A stretch of 30,995 nt of DNA, from the NCBI GenBank assembly GCA_035275085.1, contig DATENK010000718.1, positions 1 to 30,995 of the forward strand. The letters run 5' to 3'. Position numbers and translations under genes: made by a program. Of the stretch, positions 1-7,389 are shown one piece after another. Numbering within the stretch: position 1 is the first letter of the stretch; each line of letters begins with the position of its first letter. The DNA comes from Verrucomicrobiia bacterium. Its GTDB lineage: Bacteria; Verrucomicrobiota; Verrucomicrobiia; Limisphaerales; DATENK01. The notes beneath the pieces were generated by a model. The model worked only from the letters and a program-made list of their open reading frames with translations. It had not been told where the DNA came from and ran no database searches.

Positions 1-5
1 GGGAA

Positions 6-791
6 TTGTGGAAGGTTTTTGGATCAACATTGCTTCTGCTGATCCTTACCGGCATTTGCCTGGCAATGGTCCGACGCGCGCCTTATCTGATCGTCGGCTG
101 GCTTTGGTACATGGGTACCCTGTTCCCGACGGTTGGGCTGATATCTGTCGGGCTGCAGTCGATTGCTGATCGTTACACATACATCCCGTTCATTGGGCTG
201 TTCATTATGATCGCTTGCAGCGCCGCGAAATTGCCGGGCCGCGTGGCGATTTCCGCCCTGTCGCTTGCTGCGTGCAGCATCGTGAGCTGGCATCAGGTGC
301 AACATTGGCGGAACACGGAGACGTTGTTTGCGCAATGCGTGCGCGCGACACGCAACAATGCCGAGGGGGCCTATAATCTGGCGCTTGCCGAGTATTTGAA
401 TGGCAAACGCGATGCCGCCATACATCACTTTGAGGAAGCCGTTCGCATCCGCCCGCAATATCAGGACGCACGCAACAACCTCGGGTTGCTTCTATTAGAA
501 GCCGGCGATGCGGGCGGCGCCACGAACGTGTTTACTGGCTTGCTCCGCTTGAACCCGACCCACGAGGTAGCATTGCTCAATATGGGTCGCGCGCTGGCAC
601 AACTCGGCGATGAGTCGCAAGCAAAGGGTTATTTTGAATTGGCGCGCTCGGCTGAAGCCCGGGTCGAACTCGGACGGCTGCTCGAAAAAATGGGCCGCAC
701 CAACGAAGCGCAGATTCAATTTCGCGAAGCCGAGCGCGTCAAGCCCGGCATCACTCGGCAGCCGTCGCCGGCGGCACTCGCGCGGCCTTGA
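6..791 (+). CDS. C-terminal part of a membrane protein with TPR repeats (TMTC-like / putative protein O-mannosyltransferase family); 5'-truncated by the window edge
   Basis: Frame is open from the window start. Hydrophobic helices with WLWYMGTLFPTVGL and ADRYTYIP (family-typical DRYxY), then WRNTETLF and TPR repeats (AYNLALA..., ARNNLGLLL..., ALLNMGRALA...). Confidence 0.8.
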   Translation: MWKVFGSTLLLLILTGICLAMVRRAPYLIVGWLWYMGTLFPTVGLISVGLQSIADRYTYIPFIGLFIMIACSAAKLPGRVAISALSLAACSIVSWHQVQHWRNTETLFAQCVRATRNNAEGAYNLALAEYLNGKRDAAIHHFEEAVRIRPQYQDARNNLGLLLLEAGDAGGATNVFTGLLRLNPTHEVALLNMGRALAQLGDESQAKGYFELARSAEARVELGRLLEKMGRTNEAQIQFREAERVKPGITRQPSPAALARP

Positions 792-1635
792 TCAGTTCCT
801 CGACCAACTCGGGCGGTTCCCATTTGTTTTCCGGCAGAATCTTTTGCACCCGCCCATTCGCATCGATCACCGCCGTCCGCAGATTGTGACTGATGCCGGC
901 CACCTGTTTGGGGTCAGGTCGCCAATACAAAAGGCCGAACTGCTCCGCGATGGCCGTGATGTCGATATTCTCACCGGTCAAAAAGTTCCACTTTGCCGGA
1001 TCGTACTCGTACCTTTTTCCATATTCCTGCAGCACGGCCGGTGTATCGAAATCCGGATCAATCGTGATCGCCAGCATATGCCAATTCTTCGGGGCATCGG
1101 ATTTCTCACTCAGCAGCTTGGAAGCTTCTTTCAGGTTCGACGCCATCCGCGGACAGAACGTAGGATAGGGACAGCGGGTGAAAAGGAACGTAATCGCTAT
1201 CGCTTTGCCTTTGAACTCACTAAGGCCTACAGCCTTGCCTAATTCGTTCGTGAACTTGTATTCGGGTAGCAGGTCGCCAACCTTAAGGGGCTCCACTTCG
1301 CGCACCACTCTAAACGGTGGCGGCGTGTTCGTTTCCGGCACGGTCCCGATTTTTTTCACCTGATCGATCCAGCCGTCGTTCTCGGTCACGGTCATGCGAA
1401 ACGTGACCTGGTCGTTCGGTTGCAAGCCGTCGAGCTCCTTCGAATCCTTGACGTCGAACATCATGGTCATGGCTTCCATATAACCGGGGATATTTTCGTG
1501 TTCGATCTTCGCCTGCTTGCGATCGGGGGTGATTTCCCGAATCACTCCTTTTACCTGATAGGTGGTCCGCTTCTCAGAACTGCACGAAACTCCCACGACC
1601 ACCAACAACAAGAGAACAACAAATCGCATCTTCAT
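751..1635 (-). CDS. CusF-like copper-binding domain fused to a SCO/SenC-family thioredoxin-fold domain (predicted lipoprotein)
   Basis: Lipobox-like VGVSC. CusF-like IEHENIPGYMEAMTMMF. SCO-type FLFTRCPYPTFCPRM, ITIDPDFDTP, WNFLTG and HNLRTAVID. Confidence 0.85.
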   Translation of the reverse strand: MKMRFVVLLLLVVVGVSCSSEKRTTYQVKGVIREITPDRKQAKIEHENIPGYMEAMTMMFDVKDSKELDGLQPNDQVTFRMTVTENDGWIDQVKKIGTVPETNTPPPFRVVREVEPLKVGDLLPEYKFTNELGKAVGLSEFKGKAIAITFLFTRCPYPTFCPRMASNLKEASKLLSEKSDAPKNWHMLAITIDPDFDTPAVLQEYGKRYEYDPAKWNFLTGENIDITAIAEQFGLLYWRPDPKQVAGISHNLRTAVIDANGRVQKILPENKWEPPELVEELIKAARVPPATAAE

Positions 1636-1640
1636 CCGTT

Positions 1641-1661
1641 TGGAGTTCCGCCTTCAGGCGG
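1641..1661. repeat. Short REP-like GC palindrome TGGAGTT-CCGCC-TTCA-GGCGG
   Basis: CCGCC (1648-1652) and GGCGG (1657-1661) with a 4-nt loop, in the 31-bp gap between two co-oriented genes. Resembles REP-type palindromes I recall from PVC genomes (not verified). Confidence 0.45.
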
Positions 1662-1666
1662 TCTTC

Positions 1667-2518
1667 TCATTTTTCGAGCCAACGCTCGACACCCAGCATA
1701 CCTTTCAAATCGGAAAATGTCATGGCCTCGGTCGCCAATTTATCCACGCGGCCGGTCTTTTTCCACGTCTCGCACAACTCGCGCATCGCGCGTCCACAAA
1801 CCATGAGCGATTCAATTGGGCACACCACGATTTTGTAGCCCATCGCCTCGAGTTCCTTCACCGATAGAATCGGCGTGACCCCGCCCGTCAGCATGTTCAC
1901 GAACAACGTGTGTTTTACGCGTTTCGGAATGGTCTCGAGTTCCTTGAGCGACTCCGGAGCTTCGATGAAGGCGATGTCCGCACCTGCGTCGCAACATCGG
2001 TTCACACGATCGATCGCATCATCCAAACCATTCATCTGCCGCGCGTCTGTTCGGGCGAAAATCAGGAAGTCGGGATTGGCACGCGCTTTCACCGCGGCCT
2101 TGATCTTAAGGACCATCTCCTCCGTGGGAATCACCTGCTTCTTGGCGAAGTGTCCGCATCGCTTCGGCATCACCTGGTCCTCCAGCAGGATCCCTGAAGC
2201 CCCAGCGGCTTCAAACAACTCCACCGTCCGCCGCACGTTATGCAAATCGCCATGGCCCGTATCGCCGTCGGCGATAATTGGAATGCTCAGCCGGGCTGCC
2301 ATCCGCCGGATCGCGTCCGCCATTTCGCTCGCGCTCAGGAAGTTCAGGTCCGGCAACCCGAGGAACGATGCGCTCGTTCCGAATCCACCGATAAACACCG
2401 TCTCAAACCCTGCTTGCTCGACGATCAACGCCGTAAACACATCATGAGCGCCGAGACTCCGAATGATCCCGGGCTGTGCGAGCAATTCCCGCATCCGCTT
2501 TGGTCCTGATTTCGCCAT
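1667..2518 (-). CDS. Isocitrate lyase/PEP mutase superfamily C-C lyase (methylisocitrate/dimethylmalate/oxaloacetate-hydrolase-like)
   Basis: DGDTGHG, LEDQVMPKRCGH with the catalytic Cys, ARTDA and FIEAP motifs. Start moved from TTG 2578 to ATG 2518 (MAKSGPKRMRELL), which lies just downstream of a promoter-like element. Confidence 0.9.
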   Translation of the reverse strand: MAKSGPKRMRELLAQPGIIRSLGAHDVFTALIVEQAGFETVFIGGFGTSASFLGLPDLNFLSASEMADAIRRMAARLSIPIIADGDTGHGDLHNVRRTVELFEAAGASGILLEDQVMPKRCGHFAKKQVIPTEEMVLKIKAAVKARANPDFLIFARTDARQMNGLDDAIDRVNRCCDAGADIAFIEAPESLKELETIPKRVKHTLFVNMLTGGVTPILSVKELEAMGYKIVVCPIESLMVCGRAMRELCETWKKTGRVDKLATEAMTFSDLKGMLGVERWLEK

Positions 2519-2524
2519 GGGCTG

Positions 2525-2554
2525 CTTATAATCGATTCCCAATTTGATTGGCAA
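2525..2554 (-). promoter_or_regulatory. Putative sigma70 promoter TTGCCA-18-TATAAG, 6 nt from ATG 2518
   Basis: Minus-strand hexamers at 2549-2554 and 2525-2530; no Shine-Dalgarno sequence in the 6-nt gap. Confidence 0.4.
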
Positions 2555-2654
2555 ACGTTTGGGAAGCATGCGTAGCAACCCTTTTCAGTTAGGACTTGGA
2601 TCGACAATAGGCATGGTCGCGGGTGATTAGCGTTTCACGCGCGCCGTCCCCAAT

Positions 2655-4772
2655 TCATGAAAACGCCACTTTGGTGGTCGCCGCTTCCGGATCCCAATTT
2701 CGCAGCGGCTTGCTGCTGACGGTGGCGATTTCCTTGATGGAAAGCTGGTTCCCGCGGGCCTTGGCCCCTTTGACCCCGAGCTCGGAAGGTTTGCAGGTTT
2801 GTTGGTAAATTTTCTGGTGCGGCGCGGGCTTGTACCGAATGTACAACTCGGCCGACGTGTCCGGCTCGAACAACAGAATGCGCGATTTTTCCGGGATGCA
2901 GAAATACTCCTTGTTCATAATTGTCCCACCGAAAGTGAATCGCTTCAGGTAATTGGCGTCGCGATTTGTATAAACGAGCGTGAACACGCGTTCGCGTTCG
3001 GGGAGTCCGCAATAGACCAAATCCGGGCCCACGAACAATTTCTCGGGCAATTCAGTCACGCGATACCGCCCGTCTTTCGATACCAAAATCAACTTATCGA
3101 AACGCGAACAATCGATCTTGAATTCTTCGCCTGACACTTTGTGCCCCACGTAACCGGACTCGCGGTCATACGCCACCTTGAAAGTTTTGAACGCGACCTC
3201 TTTCGCTTCCACTTCATCGAATCGGCTCGATTTGGTGAGACGCGGATATAGAGGACCGTAGGTCTCAAGCAAGCGTTCCAGATGGTTAATGACGTACTTC
3301 GTGAGGTTCTTCAGGTTCTTGCGCGTCTCCGCCAGGTCCCCCTTTGTCTTCTCCATTTCCTCGCGGTGCTTGTTGATATCGAACAGCGATATGCGACGAA
3401 TCCTGACCGTCAGCAGTCGATCGACATCCGCATCAATCAATTCGCGCAGCAACTCTTTCTTGAAGGGCTTGAAACCTTCGTGCACTGCCGCGATGACCGA
3501 TTCATTGGTGCGGCATTGCTCGATCTTCTTGTAAATGCGCTCTTCGATGAAGATGCGTTCCAATGTGCGGAAATGCAGTTCGTCCTGGAGCTTCTTTTCC
3601 TTGAGCTCGAGTTCACGCTTGAGCAACGCGACAAGCTGCTCCGTGTTTTCCTTCAGCACTTCGGAGACAGTCATCTCCACCGGTCGGTTATTTTTGATGA
3701 GAATGATCCGGCTCGCGATTGTGACTTCGCAATCCGTGAACGCGTACAGCGCGTCCACCAGTTGCTCCGCTTCCACGCCTGGCGGCGCCTTTACCTCGAT
3801 CTCCACGTCCTCCGACGTGAAATCGTTCACGCTGCGCACCTTGATCTTTCCTTTCCGCGCGGCATCTTCAATCGAAGCCATCAACGAATCCGTGGTGGTC
3901 GTTGGCGGAATCTCTTTAATCGCGACGGTGAAGCCGTCCTTGATCTTGATTTTCGCACGCATCCGAATCGTGCCCTTGCCGTCGGCATAACCGCGCGCGT
4001 CCATTAGCCCGCCGGTGAAGAAATCGGGCAGCACCTTGAATGGCTCCTTCTTCAGGATGTTGATTTGCGCCTGAAGCAACTCAGGGAAATTGTGCGGAAG
4101 AATTTTCGCCGACAAGCCCACCGCGATCCCTTCCGTCCCAAGCATTAAGAGCAACGGTAATTTGCTCGGCAGCGTCACCGGCTCCTTCTTGCTGCCATCG
4201 TATGTCGGAATGAACTCGGTGATTTCGTCGTTGAACAGCTCGTTGCGCGCGAGATCAGTCAGCCGGCATTCGATGTATCGCGGCGCAGCCGGCACATCGC
4301 CCGTGTAAATATTACCGAAGTTCCCTTGTCCTTCGATCAGGTAACGCTTGTTCGCGAGCACCACCAGGGCATCGCCAATCGATGCATCCCCATGCGGATG
4401 ATACTTCATCGATTCGCCGACGACGTTCGCCACTTTGATGAACCGACCCTCGTCCATCGTATGCAAGGCCCACAGGATGCGTCGCTGCACCGGCTTAAGC
4501 CCGTCCTCCAGCGTGGGGATCGCGCGGTCCCGAATTACGTACGACGCATATTCCAAAAAGCTGCGGTTGACCCGCCCATGCAACGGCAACTCAATTCTGT
4601 TTGGCTTGAATGGCTTGCGCTCCGCTTCCGTTGGCACCGCCTCGGCCTGCACATGCATCTCGCCATTGCCGTTCTTTCCGGGCTTACCGGGTTTTGCCGG
4701 CTTGGCAGCCTCCGGCTTGGCGGGTTCGATCGGGGGTTGAGCTTTTGCTGATTCCTTTTTCTTTGCGCTCAT
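2655..4772 (-). CDS. parC: DNA topoisomerase IV subunit A (type IIA, short-CTD ParC type)
   Basis: DGLKPVQRRIL, YHPHGDASI, AAPRYIE with the catalytic Tyr, and GIAVG. I see no GyrA-box, and the CTD is short. Confidence 0.88.
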   Translation of the reverse strand: MSAKKKESAKAQPPIEPAKPEAAKPAKPGKPGKNGNGEMHVQAEAVPTEAERKPFKPNRIELPLHGRVNRSFLEYASYVIRDRAIPTLEDGLKPVQRRILWALHTMDEGRFIKVANVVGESMKYHPHGDASIGDALVVLANKRYLIEGQGNFGNIYTGDVPAAPRYIECRLTDLARNELFNDEITEFIPTYDGSKKEPVTLPSKLPLLLMLGTEGIAVGLSAKILPHNFPELLQAQINILKKEPFKVLPDFFTGGLMDARGYADGKGTIRMRAKIKIKDGFTVAIKEIPPTTTTDSLMASIEDAARKGKIKVRSVNDFTSEDVEIEVKAPPGVEAEQLVDALYAFTDCEVTIASRIILIKNNRPVEMTVSEVLKENTEQLVALLKRELELKEKKLQDELHFRTLERIFIEERIYKKIEQCRTNESVIAAVHEGFKPFKKELLRELIDADVDRLLTVRIRRISLFDINKHREEMEKTKGDLAETRKNLKNLTKYVINHLERLLETYGPLYPRLTKSSRFDEVEAKEVAFKTFKVAYDRESGYVGHKVSGEEFKIDCSRFDKLILVSKDGRYRVTELPEKLFVGPDLVYCGLPERERVFTLVYTNRDANYLKRFTFGGTIMNKEYFCIPEKSRILLFEPDTSAELYIRYKPAPHQKIYQQTCKPSELGVKGAKARGNQLSIKEIATVSSKPLRNWDPEAATTKVAFS

Positions 4773-4789
4773 CTCTAACTCGGCCCGAG

Positions 4790-4817
4790 AAGGTACGAAA
4801 TGGGCCGCTCAATGCAA
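4790..4817 (-). promoter_or_regulatory. Putative sigma70 promoter for parC, TTGCAT-16-TACCTT
   Basis: Minus-strand hexamers at 4812-4817 and 4790-4795, 17 nt upstream of ATG 4772. A separate promoter is needed because parC is not contiguous with parE. Confidence 0.4.
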
Positions 4818-4942
4818 GCTGCCGATTGCCACTGGGACCGTAACGTTAAATTTTGTTAATCTCGTCCGCAAAGTCCCCTGAACGGCAAGAACCTTCAATA
4901 TTGAATCCATTCCCTCATGCATGGTGTGCTTCACAGAATCAG

Positions 4943-7204
4943 ATGTATCCGTTTGTCCGTTTAGTCGTTTTGGGTTTTTGCCTTCTTGAGACCGTAGCCT
5001 CCAACGCAAACGCCGACGCAGGTTACCAGTCGCCCGGTACCAAACGCATGGCCGAGCGCCTCCAGCAATGGCATCGCGAGTTCGGAGAGCGTAACGCCTA
5101 TGAGAATCGCGCCAGGGTCAAAGAGTTGCAGGCCGAGCTGCCCCAAGCGCGTGAGGTTTCGCGGCGGATCGCCATGCAGTATGAACTCGCGCTGGAACAG
5201 TTGAACCTAGGTGATCCGGAAGCAACGCTCACGACGCTCACCAACCTCAATCGCGAAGCTCGGGCCGCCCGCGTTCGCATCAGTGTGACCGATCGCCGTG
5301 ACATACGGCTCCTCGAGGGCCTGGCGTACCTTCGTCTAGGCGAATTGGAGAACTGCGTGCACCATCACAATCCTGAGTCCTGCCTGCTGCCGATTCGCGG
5401 CGCCGGCGAGCACCTCCAAAGGCGGGGCGCGGAGAATGCCGAAATGATTTTTCGCGAACTAGCCGAGCAAAAAACCAACGATCTCGGCGCGCGGTGGCTC
5501 CTGAACCTTTCTGCCATGACGCTCGGAAAATATCCGGCCGAGGTGCCTGCGTCCTTAAGAATCCCGGAGTCGGTCTTTGAATCGGAAGCGCCCTTCCCAA
5601 AATTTGCTGAGATGGGCACTCGCCTGGGATTGGGGGAAAACGCGCTTGCGGGAGGGACCCTTACCGAAGACTTCGACGGCGACGGCTTGGTCGACGTGTT
5701 TCTGTCGAAATGGAACACGGTCGGGCAGTGTGCACTTTACCGAAATCTTGGGAACGGGCACTTCATCGATATCACCCGCAAAGCCGGTTTGGAAGGCGTC
5801 ACGGGCGGCTTGAACATTATGCAGGCCGATTACAACAACGACGGATACATGGATGTCTACGTAGTCCGCGGCGCATGGCTGGGTGAAATGGGATTGATCC
5901 CGGATTCGCTCTTGCGGAACAACGGCGATGGGACGTTTGACGATGTAACCGAGGAAACGGGCTTGCTTTCGATGCACCCTGCGCTTTCCGCCACCTGGTT
6001 TGATGCAAATAACGATGGTTGGATCGATCTTTTCGTCGGCAACGAAACCACTACTCCCGAGTTTCCACATCCCTGCCAATTATTTATAAATCAGCGCAAC
6101 GGGACATTTAAAGAGGCAGCTCAGCCGGCCAATGCGGCAATCGTCGGATTCGTGCGCGGAGTAAGCGCAGGCGACTTCGACAATGATGGACGTCCCGACT
6201 TGTACATCTCGCGCCTGAACCAGGAGAACATCCTGTTGCACAACGAAAGCACGGTCGACCGCGTCCGGTTCACCGATGTCACCGCTCAGTTCGGCGTGGC
6301 CGAGCCGCGGATGAGCTTTCCGACGTGGTTTTGGGACTACAATAACGATGGGTGGCTGGACATCTGGGTTTCCGGGTACGGGGACGCGCCGCGGGGTTGG
6401 TACAGCGCAACTCTTTCGCATGTCACACTGGGCGAATGGGTGGCCGACAAACTCGGTTTACCGAGCAAAGCTGAGACGTTTCGGCTTTATCGTAATGATC
6501 GTGGCCATTTCACCGATGTGACACGCGCGGCCAATCTGAAGAAGTCTGTGCTTGCGATGAGCGCGAACTTTGGCGACCTAGACAACGACGGCTACCTTGA
6601 TTTTTACACCGGCACTGGCGCGCCTTCGTATGGCAGCCTGGTTCCGAATGAAATGTTCCGGAACGACGGTGGGTCCACGTTTAAGAACATCACGACTGCG
6701 GGGGGATTCGGCCATTTGCAGAAAGGACATGCGATCGCTTTTGCCGATCTGAACAATGACGGCGCGCAGGAGGTCGTCGTGAATGTGGGTGGTGGATACG
6801 CAGGCGATACCTTCTATGACGCGCTGTTTGTGAATCCGGGAACGACAAATTCATGGGTGTCGCTGAAGTTCGTTGGCAAACAATCGAATCGCGCGGCGAT
6901 TGGCACGCGCGTCAAAGTAGTGGCGTCCGCCAAAGGCGCTGCGCGGGAGATACATCGTGTTGTCGGTTCCGGCGGCAGCTTCGGTTCTTCCCCCTTAAGG
7001 CAGGACATCGGCCTCGGACAGTGCGACAAAATCGAGCGGGTCGAAGTCTGGTGGCCGGCCTCGGGTCAGACGAATGTGCTGACCTCCTTAAAGCCGAGTC
7101 AGTTCTACGAAATCACTGAAGGTAAAACGGAGGCGCGCCTGCTCGCACCGCATCGTTTCGCATGGCCAAACCCGAAAGCCGATGACGAATCAACCTCTGA
7201 GTAG
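4943..7204 (+). CDS. Secreted CRTAC1-family protein: N-terminal helical/TPR-like region, FG-GAP-like repeats, C-terminal ASPIC/UnbV domain
   Basis: Signal-like MYPFVRLVVLGFCLL (ATG 4943 preferred over 4853). About 7 DxDNDGxxD repeats. SNRAAIGTRV...GGSFGSSPLRQDIGLG...IERVEVWWP ASPIC signature. Confidence 0.88.
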   Translation: MYPFVRLVVLGFCLLETVASNANADAGYQSPGTKRMAERLQQWHREFGERNAYENRARVKELQAELPQAREVSRRIAMQYELALEQLNLGDPEATLTTLTNLNREARAARVRISVTDRRDIRLLEGLAYLRLGELENCVHHHNPESCLLPIRGAGEHLQRRGAENAEMIFRELAEQKTNDLGARWLLNLSAMTLGKYPAEVPASLRIPESVFESEAPFPKFAEMGTRLGLGENALAGGTLTEDFDGDGLVDVFLSKWNTVGQCALYRNLGNGHFIDITRKAGLEGVTGGLNIMQADYNNDGYMDVYVVRGAWLGEMGLIPDSLLRNNGDGTFDDVTEETGLLSMHPALSATWFDANNDGWIDLFVGNETTTPEFPHPCQLFINQRNGTFKEAAQPANAAIVGFVRGVSAGDFDNDGRPDLYISRLNQENILLHNESTVDRVRFTDVTAQFGVAEPRMSFPTWFWDYNNDGWLDIWVSGYGDAPRGWYSATLSHVTLGEWVADKLGLPSKAETFRLYRNDRGHFTDVTRAANLKKSVLAMSANFGDLDNDGYLDFYTGTGAPSYGSLVPNEMFRNDGGSTFKNITTAGGFGHLQKGHAIAFADLNNDGAQEVVVNVGGGYAGDTFYDALFVNPGTTNSWVSLKFVGKQSNRAAIGTRVKVVASAKGAAREIHRVVGSGGSFGSSPLRQDIGLGQCDKIERVEVWWPASGQTNVLTSLKPSQFYEITEGKTEARLLAPHRFAWPNPKADDESTSE

Positions 7205-7278
7205 CCGTTGACTTAGGCTTCGTTTCGGCGCAGAGGCTTCCTGGGTGGTCCCAACTGGATGACCGCCCCCCCCAGGGG

Positions 7279-7381
7279 GCGTCAGAAGGCGTCAGGGTGA
7301 CAGGTGGCCTGTAAACATTGGTCAAAAGTGGTGTTTTAGAAGTGACAGGTGGGCGACAGGTACGACCTTGTACCCGACAGG
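7279..7381. repeat. Array of short direct repeats (GYGWCAGG-like) flanking an AT-richer spacer
   Basis: GCGTCAG 7279, GCGTCAGG 7289, GTGACAGG 7297, GTGACAGG 7342, GCGACAGG 7353, CCGACAGG 7374. GTGACAGGTGG is an exact 11-mer at 7297 and 7342. Confidence 0.7.
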
Positions 7382-7389
7382 AGCCGCCT

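Noticed and set aside
5670-6790. DNA-level repeats such as GA(C/T)AA(C/T)GA(C/T)GG in both ASPIC genes
   Set aside because: Fully explained by the encoded DxDNDG calcium-binding repeats.
7255-7290. Hammerhead ribozyme (CTGGATGA, stem, GAAG)
   Set aside because: The core does not match CUGANGA...GAAA: there is an extra G, no GAAA follows stem II, and I could not build stems I and III.
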